Below, piece by piece: positions 1-13,941 of a stretch of DNA of 64,000 nucleotides. Both the position numbers and the translations under genes were made by a program. The stretch is from Yuukianura sp. NJ FZ-2021. Lineage: Eukaryota. The stretch lies in assembly GCA_046563655.1 (NCBI GenBank), contig CM102288.1:3968001-4032000 (forward strand), in the 5' to 3' direction. The notes below the pieces were generated by a model. It searched no databases. It was given only the letters and a program-made list of their open reading frames with translations, and was not told where the DNA came from. How positions within the stretch are numbered: position 1 is the first letter of the stretch; each line of letters starts with the position of its first letter.

Positions 1-2612
1 ATCTTGCAAAAAAATAGATCGATATTGCCAGTGCTATTTTTGCAAAAATCGATTCCCCCGTGCCCCCCTCTCTCCCAAGCCAACCACCATCAAACGCCTC
101 TTCTCTTCCAAGCCCAAACATAGGCTAAAATTCGAAATAAGTCGCAATTTCCTAATCGCTTCGCCAAATCACCTATTTCAGCCAACTCATTTTTGCAAAA
201 ACAATGTACATTCAAAGTTCATTTCCAAAATAGGAAAATATTGAACTGAAAATGAGTCATCATCGCAAAATTCAATCGCATGTTAAGTTCCATAACTTTT
301 TCTTAGGTTAGGTCTATAAAAAGTAAGGTTTAGTTCACAAGTCTTACAAACTTTTTCCATTTACGTTTCAAATTCAATATTTTACTTATTTATATTATTT
401 AATTCAACTCAATCAAAAAAAAATATAATCGATAATCCACTGATTTCGCATATTTAGCGACAACATGTGCAAATTTCGCCAATTCTAATAAAAATTCTTT
501 AAATTACATTTGTGATGCAAAGGAGAACCTTCAATCCTAGGCTAACTTTATTCAAATCTGTTGGGTTTTGAGACCGGCATGGTTAGGTTGAGTTTTCTTG
601 TGATGTTTTTTGCACATTTGCAAAAAAAAATTGGGAGCATGGCCTATCCTTAGACTAAACTTGTTCCAAGGGAGTTTGTTGGAGACAAGTTGAACTCATT
701 TTGGTTGTTCTAAATTTAGAACATGTTTCTAGCGGAGGTCCGGAATCTAGAGCACTCTTCTTCCAGCCCCGTTTGTACTGCTGCTGCTTTCTAGTCTTCG
801 CTCACTCTCTGTTTGCACTTCGTAGTAAAAAAAATAGAGTTTCATCGACCGTTCGTCCTTGGAAAACTCACATCTCCCCAGCGACTCACTAACTTTCACC
901 ACAGACAAAATAGAGAGAGACTTGCGCATAACAGCAGCACAACTTTCTCCCTTACCAAAGTCCCACCCGACACCCACGGCCCACCAGCCCCCAAGAAACG
1001 AGGTCATCCCAAAATAGGACTCTGTAAACAACTTTAGGTCAACCTAACCTTTCACTTTTCACGTTTCCACCGACTGACGACTATTGCTTTCCCCGATTCT
1101 GACGATTCGTCTACCTCACCCATGGAAAATGTTTGTTAACTAAAAAACGATAACAAGTAATTAAAATTCAACAACCTAACAATATTGACCTCAATCTACA
1201 AATAGAATTCCTGGTCTTTAAAAAAAACGTTACTCACCTACATTAACTTTCCTTTTTATAGACTTTCACCTAAATTTCTCTTGCTACACTAATTCAAAAG
1301 AGTATTTTTTTTCTGAAAACTGGAAATCTATTTTTGTACTGTCAGCGTCACAGTTTTGCCGTTGAGGACACCTAAAATATTCAGAAATCAACAGACCTTG
1401 GGGTTTTCGGGAACGTCAGAATTTGTTTTTGCCTAGAACAAAAGAACAATGACAACAGAGAAAAGCGTGCTTTCTCCACCATTAACTTGTGTCTAAATTT
1501 TCTCCTTTTACAAAACCACAACATTCCAGTCATGTCAGAAAAAAAGTCGTCGAAAAAAGAACATGGCAAGGTGAAAGGCACTCCACTGCTGTGCTTCTCT
1601 TCCGTTAATTTTTAATTTCCATTAAAAACTGGCCAACTTTCTCCCGCTTTCACCAAAACTTATTACTCCGTCAAAAACCAAAACTATGTGATGTAACTTG
1701 GTTTTATGTAATACATTTTTATAGCATTACATTACACAATGTTTACATAAAACCTGAACCTACCTCAAACAACCCATGAATAAGCCAAGTTAACTTTACA
1801 TAACATCCATCACAAATTCTTTTCCAAATTTTCACAATTTCAATCACAACTTTCACTTTTCTAAATTCACAATTTCTTTCAAAACCCAACAAGTTTCCTC
1901 CGTTATCAAAAAATTTCCCTGGCTAAACTTTTTTTTATATAAAAAGTGCAGAAAATAATTGAGTCGTATCAAGTGGAGAAACTGCATGAGGGGAGACACG
2001 TTGCACAAAAATTGAAAACCTAAAATCTAAAATTGTCTTGAACTTTTGACCCAGTTGTGGTCCATGTCCCTGCAACGCATGAGTCTAGAAATCTCCAAAT
2101 TGGTTCAAGTGGTCATGAACTCTACAAAGATGCTGGATGCTGTTTTGAATCCTTGTAGAGAGTAATTAGCGTCTCAGATAAGAATAGAAGTGAGGGTTAT
2201 GCAACTATCTTCTCCTAGTACGTCCACTTGTAAACACATTTTTTGAAAAACTTAAAGCAGACGAGAGGATTTGTGAGTGATGAGGTGCGGAAACTTGTCC
2301 AGATGAATCCAGAATTCCAGTTTATCAATAGAGAAGGACAACTCTGGCCACCAGAGGACTCTCCTTCAAAAAACAACCTTCAAACTTACCATTTATTTTG
2401 GAACTATTTTTAGCAAACACAGCTCCACTCCTAAGCCAAGGTTTTTACACAACATACAATCTGAATCAACACTTCCCCGCTCTATCTTAGTCAAACAACC
2501 AATTTACACTGTACTTTTAAGTTAGTTTATCTCCAACCTAACATTAGGTTATGCTCAACCTGAGCAATAGTTTAGGTAAGAGAGTAATGAAGGGGCATTT
2601 ACTTACAATTAC

Positions 2613-5600
2613 CTTCAGTCTCTGCTGCAACTGCTTCTCATGGGCTTGGGCCAACTGCTGACGCTGGGCCTGGTAGCGCTGCAGTAAGAGTTGGTGCTGC
2701 AGCTCCTGCTCTTGTTTCAACTGTTTCAAAATTTAAAAAAATCGGTTATTTTCAAAAAAAAAAGGTATGTTTTTTAAAAGTCTTACCTGTAGTAACTGCT
2801 GCTGGAAGGAAGAATCCTGGACAAGTGGATCCATCATCTGGAAATCTGGAATCATTCCGTTCGTGACGCCACCACTTCCGCCGTTAGTTTCGTTCACAAT
2901 GCGCCGAAGCAGAAGTGGATTCCCTCCGCCAGACTCACCGTCCTCCCGAATCTCTGAAAAAATTGTTCAAAAATTATTCACAATTTTAAAAACTTCAAAA
3001 TTTCATCATATGTTTGTTTACTAAATATTATTCATACTCAAATCCTCCCCCATTAAACTTCGCTTCAACACTTCAGCAAAAGTTTAAGTTAGCTCCACGA
3101 ATCCGAACTTTTAAAAAATTTTGCTAGACGAAGTCTTATACTGCCTGAATTCCTGGTTTCAAAACTGAAATTTCCTGAAAAAGTGGTGTTATGTAAGATT
3201 CTATTTTGACCATAACTCCTCCATGACAAGTCTAAATTTAAACTGAAATGTATAAAATTAGATCTCTCTGTGGTGAGGTGTGAAAGGGGAGAAGTAGGTG
3301 GAGAGATGCGAATTTGTCCAGTTCAAATTCAGCACTGGAATTCCCCCTTCTCTAGTGGTTTTCTATTTCAATTTTTAGTTAAAACTCACAAGTTAAAACG
3401 TGAGTGTGAGTTATAAATAAAGTTCTCATGTGACACGGCGAGATTAGCTACCACCATAGTTAATTCTGTCCAATTAAAGTTAACTATAGTTAGTACCGAA
3501 GTTATCAAATCAGTTTTAAGTTATATTAGGGGCGTTTCGAGAATGGAAACCTCCCACAAATAACTAAAAGTTAAGTTGGGCATGCCAACTTTTTGGCCTC
3601 CACAATCCAAAGCCACAAACTGGACATGACCGAACCGGGAAATTGCCAAATTCTGTCAACTGTTTCCTTGAAATTTTGTACAATTTCGAAATAAAAAAAA
3701 GTTGATTTGAGTTGACAGAATTGGAGTGGCTGGAAGGAAATGTATAAGATGAGTTAGTACATGTCACTTCCTTGTCCATATCAATCAAAAGCTAAAAACT
3801 TTGGACCAGAAGAGGGGAGGATTTTAAGCAGGAAATGGATAATAAGTGACCATTGAAGCCAAAAATAAACTTAACACTAACACTCATAACATTTTAAAAA
3901 AAAAGAAATGCAAAATTAATAACAACTAAAAGTTCGGTACCAATTCAACGTCATAATTACAACTAATATTAAATTAGTTATGGAAAGAGAAAGCTCACTT
4001 TTTTGGTGAAAGTTTGACAGATTGTGACTCCCCATTTTTTGCGAAAAAAAAAGTTAAATTTTCACATCACTTTCACAGAGGGTAAAAACAGGATAAAATA
4101 CAAATTATTCGTGGACCTCTTGACCTTTTCAAAACTTTTTTTGAGTTGACCTTTTCAAAATTTTATTTTTCTAAAAAACAGGCCCTGTTTAAGTATAACT
4201 GATGTGGTCCAGTGCTCGTTGTGTACTGAATACAAAAGTGTGGGCCAACGCCAACAAAAGTTGGGAAAGACCTTCTTCCTCCTTTGACTTTTACAGCCTT
4301 GACGCCACTTCTTGGAAATACCGTGTGGTTCCAAACACAAAATTTCAAAATTTATATTTTCAAATTTCAAAATTCCACACACTGGAAACTACACTGTCAT
4401 AAGAAACATAAAGTAAATCCTTAAATGTTAATGTTAGATGCGGGTCAAATTTTGAAATTTGAAATTATTGAAAGGGGGGAGTACGAAAAAATTTCAAAAT
4501 TTGAGCAAAGTTTGGAAATTTACGGTACTGGAAGCATTAATCGGATCCACCCTACTTCGGAAGATGAATTGAGGTGGATTTGAAAGTATAAATAATTTTG
4601 AAGGCGCCCGCGTCCTACGCAACGTCATTTATTTTCTCCGATCCGCAACTTAATAATAAAATCTGTCACTTCCGACCAGAAAAATAAAGTTTCTCTCCAT
4701 TTTTTTTTGTTTTTCGGTTGAAAATAGGCGGAAAATCCAAAAAGATGAAATCATCAAACTCAAAAATTCAAACATATCAAATTAACGCTCAACATAACTC
4801 TTATTGCAGATCTTTTGGCACATACATCCTCTTTCCTAAAACTTTTTTGAAAACGACAATCTGTTCTAATCTTTCTTTTTTAAAACACAGTCTACCTTGA
4901 CACTTATCTCTCAATGTCACTTTTGTTACAAAAGTAAAATTCAAATTCGTTTTGAGTAAAAGCCAAAACCAAAGGCAAAATTTTACTTCGAGAAGCTTCT
5001 TCTATTTTCTTAGCCTCAATTGTCTAATTTAGCAGGTTCAAAACCTTGAAAAAAGTTGGTCAAAATCACTCCGAAAAAAATTAAAAACCAAAAAATAAAA
5101 TTCGGTGAAATGAGACATGTTTATGAATTTAAAAAAAAAACTTTACAGAAACAAAATTCCCACAAGGAAAATCTATGCTATAATTTTGATTTAAAACTTT
5201 TTCCTCAACTTCAAAAACCAAAACCGGACAAACGCGACCAGGAATAGAAATGATTAGATTTTATGAAAATCGTAAAAAAATACATTTTTTTTGAAGAGGA
5301 ATAGAGGATTTGTGTTGTAAATTTTTTGGAAGCACGTATGAACCTTAATAGGTTTGGATGATGCAAGTTAAGTAGGCGTGACAAGATTAGATTTGACTTC
5401 TATTTTGGTAATTTTCCTCTTGAACTCTGACCTCCAAGAACCACAATTAGCAAGCTAAGTTAAGATCAACTACAATTTTTTTTAAAATGCAAAACAAAAT
5501 TTTCAAAAATTCAAAATTCCGACCAATGGAAATTACGATCTAAGCATTGTTAAAAAAACGAAAACTCATCCCAAAAAACCTCAACGTTCTCCTTGGCGTG

Positions 5601-8600
5601 CAAGTTAGTTTTGTGTTTAAATCGCAGGCGCTGAAAGTTGCTTAAAGTGTTCGAGCCCTGCGATACTTTAAAGTTAACGCAGCTTTCACCTGGTGCAGAG
5701 TCACTTAAGCGATAAAAACCTTGACTGATAGTGGGCCCACTTCCCCTGCCATGGAAAACTACCAAATGCCTATTTATAATTCCTCATCTTAACTAACTAA
5801 TCTCACCTCTCAACCAGTTAACTAATTGCTCAAGTACACATGACCTCATGACCTTTAACACAAATCTCAACTAATTTAGTTGTAAAAAGGTTATATAAAA
5901 TATACTACAATTAGTTGTAAATCCTCCACATACAATATCACTACTTGATTGATTAATCTCACAAACACAAATTCTGGATAAATCAAAAAATAAAGCATTT
6001 GTATTTAATGAGGAATTAGGAATGCGTGGCTAAATTCAAGTCACGACAGTCACGAGCACAATTTTTGAAAAAACACATTTTAAAAAACGTAACACATTTT
6101 CTAAAAAATGTTGGAATCGATGAGTACAAAGTAAATCGTGTTAAACGTAAACAGAATTTAAAGTTATTTTTCGCGTTAATACTCGAGGTGAAAAAACAGC
6201 AGATTTTGCACATAATTTGTTCTTGTAAAATTTTCTGTTGCTGTTTGGTTCGCTCATTACACTTTCAAATCAAAGTTATTTTCAAAATTTCAAAAAATTA
6301 AACTTCATAATTTTTTAGGCCATAAAAGATATGCTTCCGACGTACAATTTTTGAGCTGCACATGTATCCGTTTCTTTTTAAATTTGAAAAGCAGACTTTG
6401 CTGAAAATGCCAACTTTGCTTAACTAGATGTGAAATTCAACTTTAAACTAAAAATATAACAATTTTAAACATACCAAGTCCATAATGCCTCATGCTTTGA
6501 GGAATTTGCTTCATCATTTGTTCATTTTACTAAAAAAAGAGAACTAAAAATGTTGAAAAGAAGCACGTCATGTTCTCCGTAACTAAAAAAGTGAACTTGA
6601 ATGATGATTTCTGAACGGGCGTTTTTTAATAAAATTCAATGACACGTGGAACTCAATGGCAAAAAAACACAGTTTTATAAAAACAGAAACACAGTGTTTT
6701 TCTTTTAGTATTATGAAAGTCACTTTCCTGTTTTCGCAAAAACTTTTTTGATTCTTTAGAATTTTCTATGTTTTTGTCTTTAAAACTGGTCAATTCCGGT
6801 TCCTCCTTCAAAACAACAACTCACTTCACGTCCTACTCAACTAAAATGTTTAACTTTTCGCAAAAGCTCTTTTCTGTTACACGATTAGATAAAAGTGGGG
6901 AAATTCCGCACTAAAAACTTAACATTGATTTTGTTAGGTTAGGCTTTCCGTATTTCAAACTGTTTTAAAGCGCTTAAAAGTGACACGCGTCACCTCAACA
7001 ATTCGTACTAAACTGGATGTTGTGGATGTGTCACGTCCAAAGTCCAATTTTCAAATGTTAGAAGTTTAAAATAAACTTTTTTGAAAAACACCATTTACGT
7101 CACCACTCACCGCTGATCCAAAAAATTATTGATGACGACACTTTTGTTTGTCCTGAAAATTGCAAACTCCAAAAGTTGTCTAAAATGGGACTCAAGTTTA
7201 CTAAAACTTGTAATGTTGAAAACTGTTGTCCAAGAACTAAATTCAGACCAAGGTTTTTTCTAGCTCCGAGTTTAGGAACAGAATTGACTTGCAAAAATGA
7301 AAAACTGCTCCACAACGAGAGTAACTAGGGAAGTAACTATAGCAAATGCAAAGTGCGAAAAACAACATGCGACTATAGAACTAAAGTGGTGCAATTTACT
7401 ATAGTGCAAAAAACTAGGATAGTTTAATAGCATAACCTTAGTATAGAAGTTTATTTTGGCACTAGGAGAGAGGATGGAAGTAAGTTGCGAGTTCGAATAC
7501 CACAGAACCCCACCCGAAAAAAAAACTCCTACTGGAACTCTCATAAAATACGTAATACGTAATTTAAAGTGGAAGTTTAAAACCAGAAATTGCATAAAAC
7601 AAAAAATCACAAGACACAACTTCCAAAGTTACACTTACGCTAACGTCACTTCTTAAATCTTCATCACTAAATGCTTAGCATTTCCATTTTTTCAAAATTG
7701 AATTGCTAATTTTCTGTTTCTACCTCTATACAAATCTAATGTTTCCAAAAACTGGTCTTCAAAAAAAAAGTTTGCGAGTTTAGCAACAAGAAAACTTTCA
7801 AAATTTTAGCCCAAAACTTTATTTCTTTTCGAATTTACCTGAAGATTCAAAAGTTTCTTCCTCCGAAATACTTCTGAAATTGTGCACTGCCTTGTCAGGC
7901 ATTGGAAAATTTCCGATTTTGCAAAAGTTTTTCCAATTTTTTCAACAAAACACAACCACTTTTAGTATTTTCTAAAATCCAAATTTTTCTTCTGTCCTCC
8001 CAGATCAAAATCCAAAGTTGAACTGACGCTTTTTCTGAAACTTCTTGTACACTGTCTACCCATTTAATTCAGGATTAATCGATTGGTAGACAATTGATTG
8101 TCGTTAAATTCTTAATTGACTTTTACACAACCCACAAAACACTCTTCGATTGTCAAAAAATGTCAAAACAGTTTATTTCTAGCACACAAGAAACAAACAA
8201 AAAATCAAAAAACTCGTTCTGGATTTCTCGACTTTCCAAATTCACTTTAGTAATTCCTGACGCAGTCAATTTAGTGACGTCAAGCGACTAGTTCAAAACA
8301 ACTTCTAAAAAGAACTAATCAAAATTCAAAATTTATATGAAAACAACACTAAACTTCCAGAACTTAGTTCAATTTACGTTTTGGTGATAAATTGTTACAC
8401 TACTGACCACTTCCAAGAAGTGAATGAAACACTCATGCTCATTTCATTTTCATTTTGGCATTTGTACTCAAAGTGGGGTGCAAGGGGACCAGCGATTTCG
8501 GGGAAAAAAGTTAAGTTTAGAATTTTGAAAAACGTTGTTTCCCTTGGCACGAAAACGAGGTGCTGCTAGTCTCTTTTAGGAACTTTACTGTTCAACCTAT

Positions 8601-11600
8601 AAAATTTTTCAAAAACGAAAAAAATAAGCTAAAATTAACTTTCCATTCAAATTCTATTTTTAAAAAATTTTACTCGAACCAGAGGGAACTCCTATTTTTA
8701 ACTTTTTCTCAAAAAGAGTTGAACAGAAGCAGAAACACAAAACAGATGCTTTTTAGAACAGAGATGAACTCGGTCCAAAAACTGTTTTTTCCCACGCTCA
8801 AACTCATTTTCTTTTCAGTTTCACAAAAAAACACTTTCCGAAATTATTTTTAGCCTAAAATTTTAAGAAATTCAAATTCCTAAAACAGGGGTGAAAAACT
8901 ATTCTGGTGAAAATCTTTAATTTAAAGTTGAACATGGAGTGTTCCTCTAAATAGTTCCTTGGTCTGGTCATGTGCACATATTAAACTCATTGTGTGCTGT
9001 CATAAAGTTCAATATGACTGTTTAGTTTTTGTGATTGATACAATTTGAATTGAATTGTTTTTTTGGTTCGTGTCAAAGATGTCTCGAAAAGTGTATCTCA
9101 CAGTTCCATTTATTGATTGCTCACTTATTCAAGTTCCAACAATGGACACTCTAATCACTCTCCAATTGAGGTTATGTGCAGCATCACTCACCAAAATAAG
9201 TTTCCCTTTCACTTTTCAAACTTTGTACAAAAAAAAATACAACAAAAAAGAAAAACAAAAACAAAACAAAAATTTATTACAAAAATAAATGAGCATGAAA
9301 AATTTAATTTTTAAAATTATCAAAAGCATTAAAAGCCTTGATTTTTAAACAAAAAAAAAACGAACACTCAAGTTCCACTACACCTACAAATCTCAAATAC
9401 AAAAATCTAACTTTTTCTTAAATTCTTTTCACCGGGGTGAAAGTCACTACAAAATTTTAGTCCGAAAAATGGAACTTGAGTTGAAAAATATTTCAGCGCA
9501 AAGTTCAAAAAGTTGCAATATCTGTTCGAAATGTTCTGAAGTGTATAACTATGGAGTTAGAAGAAAAGCAATGACCAATTTTCTGTGAGCAGACATGTAC
9601 TTTTTCATGAAACCTAAAAATAGTAACTCGCATTGTGTTGGGTTTTAAAAGTGAAAAGATTTCATTGGCCAGCCACAGAATGTTCCTACATCTTTCTAAA
9701 AAAAAAGTTTAGCTAAAAATAGAATCACAAAACCAAAAGAAAAATTACATCACAAAACTAGGTTTTAGACAAGCAGAAACAAAAAAAAAAGCCATAAGCA
9801 CTCTGCCTATTCGTTACACAACACAACAATAGCCTCTCTCTCCCAGGTTGGAATTGGATTTCGCAAAAAAAAGGTTTGCAAAAAATTAGCAACCTTTTGC
9901 AAAATGATATGCTCCAAGGTTTACTACTTATCAATATTTTCGGAACTAAACTTTTTTCTATTATCTATCAACCCGAAAGAAAAACAGGAAGATGAAAAAA
10001 CGTTTTTGCACGTGCAAAACCGCCCCCCGCGAAGAACTGGCTTTGAAGTGAGTGTTAATTGCTTTAAAAAGCGCAAGGGCTTTTAAGTTCCACATTGCAA
10101 AAATCATTGCAAAAAAATGGCAAATGCATTTACGAGATCAAAGATCTTAACGCCTCAAGTGTCAATCTCATCCTGCCGAATTCAAATCCTTTTTATAGCA
10201 TTTCCTTTTACGTATTTTCAAAGAAATCATTTACGCTTCAAAAAATTTACAAATTTACAAAACCAGTTAGCCGATTGAACTCTTAAACTTCAAATGTCGA
10301 AACATGCCACAAAATTAAAAGTTTTTGAAGGTTTTCTCATCAAACTTTGAAAATTACAAATCCTTTTTTTAGAATTTAATCTAAATGGAATTTCCTTGTA
10401 AAGATAAAATTGAGAGCAAAGTTGAGTAGAATTTTCCTATTTTTAGAATTTGATCTTCTCATCTCTACTGATGAAAGTCCTAAATTGTTAAGAGGATGAG
10501 AAAGAATTTGAACATTTCAAATTCTCAGAATTTTGTTGTATGAGCATGACATGCGCATGTTCAAAACTAATTTTGATCTGCTCCCACTTCCAAAATTACT
10601 AAAAACAAAGATTTTCTCCCGTTTCCATTCAACTTTGGTATAACAAGTAAAACCACCATGTTCTTTGGGAGTGAATTTGATGCGGGGGCGATTAGGCCAC
10701 AAACTTTAGTCTCTCTGACTCAAACCGAGACTAAAAATAGTCTCGAATGGCCACCCACACGCTTCCATTTAACCGATACGAATCAAAAACCTTCCAGGAA
10801 TTTATTTTTAGTTCAAAAAGTCAGTAATTCTGAAAAACAAAATTTCACCTTCGTATGAACTTAAAGGAAATTGTTTTCTCCGAAAATATTCCCGAAAAAG
10901 AAAAACTGGACAATGCTGAAACCAGGAATCAAAAAATCGCAATTGCGTAGCATCTTCGAGAACAATAAAACACAAATTGGCACTTAATTGTAATAGTTGC
11001 GTGGAGGTTTCTATTATGAAACAAAATCTGAAGAATTCTAAGAAATTGGCCATAGTTAATTTGGTTCAATATGGAGGTCTAAGAACACATTTTTTCCAGA
11101 TTACGAAAAATAAGCGTTGTATTAAATATGATAAGAAAGTTCCTGGGAAAATTCTACGGATAATAAAAATGCGTTTCCTGGTAACGTAAACCAGCAAATA
11201 AAAGAAAACAAAAAAAGTGAAAGTCGAAAAATATTTTCCGAAACCAGATTTTTTCTACAGGAGACGTAAGTTTTCTAAAGGTTTGTTGTGTTTTTGTGGG
11301 GAAAGTTCGAAAACAACAAACAAGGTAAGTTGGGATCAACGATGTGACAAGCACTCAGCATCACCTGAAATGCTTTTTTGCGTAAAGTGTCTTAAAATTT
11401 TACAAAAAATTCAAAATGTTCGAAATGAAGAAAGTTTTGCATCAATTTGGCAAATCCTGGTTTTACCTGGTGGATGACCAAAAACTTAAAGTTCACAACT
11501 GTAAGAATACGTTTTTTGAAAATCCATTTGAATTTCAATTTGGAAAAGTAAAATTCAAAGTGACACAGTGTTGCATAATTGACACTTTGACAGACATCTG

Positions 11601-13941
11601 TCCAAACACTGAACAACACGAAAAAACTAAACCAAAAAATCAATATTAAGAAAACCTGATTCAATTGAATTCTGATTTATTGATTCACCTTTCTCTTTCT
11701 CCTACTTTCTCAAAATTCAAGTCCTACCTAACACATCAATGTCCCAACATACAGCATACGCAACAGAAACAACATACGTTAACCTAACAAATACTTAAAA
11801 ACAACATAACCTACCACTTTACTCCACTTTCGCCTATGTCATTTCATTTCGAATGAGATGTAATTCAAAAACAGTTTCTAAAACTTCCAAAGTTTAAACT
11901 TTGCCTCAACTTCTATTTCCCAAAGAAAGTTCTAATTTTCTCCGATGAATGAAATGCAAAGAAAAAGCAAAGAGAAAGGCACCGACTCCCTCCGTTAAGC
12001 CTTTGCATTGATTCATTCGAAATTCGATATTCCAGAATTCGCGAGAAGGCCATTCAAAGTCAAGGTTTTTCCAAATAAATTCCCAACCTCTCTCTCTTTT
12101 CGCAAATTGATCCAATTCTCAGCTCTCATCTTATTACAATTGGCAATTCCATTAGCCTTTAGTAGCCCTGCTAGCTTCAAAGTCCCTAGCCCGTATGCAA
12201 TCTAATTAATTGGACCTTCGCAAAGTTTTCGTACAAAAAATTGAGTACTAAACTTTTGTAACTGAGAAGGAAGCACTTTTCAACAGACTTTATGTCAAAT
12301 TGACAAAATTCCAAAAATTTTGTCAAGAACCAAAAACTTCAAAAAGTTTCATTTCAAGTTAAATTCGACAATATAGTTGTACTGGTACTAGTTTTTAGAG
12401 AGCAAAAAACTAACATCAAAGGATATTGTAGAGTGACCTTGAACAAAAAGCTTCTTTTTTTTTATAGTCGCCTTTCTCCTAGGGGAAAGTAAACTTTTTG
12501 TTCCGTACTGACTCACCTATCGACAAAAATGAGAGAGAGAAAAAATCTCTTCTCCAATTTCGATAGCAAGACGAATTAAAAAGGAAAGTCCAAAAAACTT
12601 CAACAAAAATCCATAAAATTCAAAATTTTCGGTTCTTTAGTAGCTTTACGCAAAGATTTATGGTTTGTTGACCTTTCCCAATCCATTGTGCAGATTTTAA
12701 GCGTTGCAATTTCCGCTCTTTTTCATTTCAAATGTCAATTTAGCCAACTTTCTCCACTTTCTCCCTTTGCTTAATTTTCTCTCCTTTGTTCCTGCAACAA
12801 AGTGCTTCCTCTCCACAGAGAAAGCGACCGCGGCACACTTTGCAAAAAAATTGCAACTTGAAATTTTGAAAATGTCAGCCCACATTACATTTTCGATTTA
12901 GTCAGAACCATGCTCTACACACATGCAAAAGGAGTGAAAAAAAGAGGCAACTTTGCGCCAAATTTTTGGTCCTATATTCAATGTCACGTCACCTTTACCG
13001 ATGAGGACCGTGTGTCGTTTTTCAAAATTTGGCACGCTTTTTCGAAATCTTGCGTCATCATGCGTATGTATTTTTTAATTTTGAAGTTTGAAAAAAAGTG
13101 GTGAGTAAGTCTATTTCAAAAAATCTAGACCTGAACTTGGTACTAATGGATTTAAGCATGAGACAGGACCAGGATTCGAATAAGGTAGAACAAATTTCAA
13201 GTGCCAAAAATTTGTACTGACGTCAAACTTTCTTTAAAAAATTGACACTCTAAAAAAAGTTCAAAGTTACACAAATCACTTTATGAGAAAAAGAAAAACA
13301 TTCAAAATTAAATCACTCGTGTCAAAAAACAAGAATTTAGAACTTGGCTCTTTTTGAATTAAAATCCAACAACATCCGTTTTCTCCCTCTTACTCTAAAA
13401 ATCCCAAAAACAAATTTCAAGGTTGACTTTTTAAAAATTGACAAAATTTCGTAACACTGACTCAACGTCCAAATTTTGGAAGTATTTTGCTAAAATTAGC
13501 TTTCCGATTTGAAATTCATAGCAGAGTTGCGTTATGTGAATCCGTTAAATAAGTAAAAATTCACTTTTGGTTACGACTTGACAAAGTGACTGCATACGAT
13601 CTGAATAATCTTACATTTTCATTTTATGACATAAAGTTATCAAAAGTATCACTCTGACCTGTGACCTTTGACCCGTGACCTTTACACTAAAAATAAATAA
13701 AAATGTGGAGCTTACCTGTGAACTTGGAGTGAACAACTCGATGGGAAGCACTGGTGAGTTCCTGTTTGAGTGCGGAAGCTTTTGAAATAGATGGCGGAGT
13801 GTTGGAAGTAGCCAGTACAGGGCGTGACGATGCTGGACCAGCAGCAGTACTGCCAGTAGTTACTCCCTTCGTGACAGTCGCTGTGGTCGTAGTTGACCCA
13901 GCAGAAGTTTCTGGAGCCTCCGGAATAGCAACCAACATCAT
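2613..13941 (-). CDS. HDAC4: Class IIa histone deacetylase (HDAC4/5/7/9-like), 5' part; gene continues beyond the window start
   Basis: Exons 13941-13716 (MMLVAIPEAP...SKFT, phase 1), 2953-2787 (EIREDG...SSFQQQLLQ) and 2720-2613 (LKQEQELQHQLLLQRYQAQRQQLAQAHEKQLQQRLK) all have GT/AG ends and compatible phases. The last two exons match the glutamine-rich N-terminal helix of class IIa HDACs. The catalytic domain is not in the window, and linking exon 1 across the 10.8 kb intron is inferred from phase. Confidence 0.75.

Noticed and set aside
1105..1245. Possible alternative HDAC mini first exons (ATGG|gtgagg at ~1120; gtgagt at ~1237)
   Set aside because: The downstream acceptor is outside the window, so phase cannot be tested, and one candidate has an immediate stop.
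3000..13600. Many 60-100 aa ORFs in the long HDAC intron
   Set aside because: K/F/N/L-rich translations of AT-rich DNA, mostly non-ATG starts, with no recognisable domains and no transposase or reverse-transcriptase motifs.
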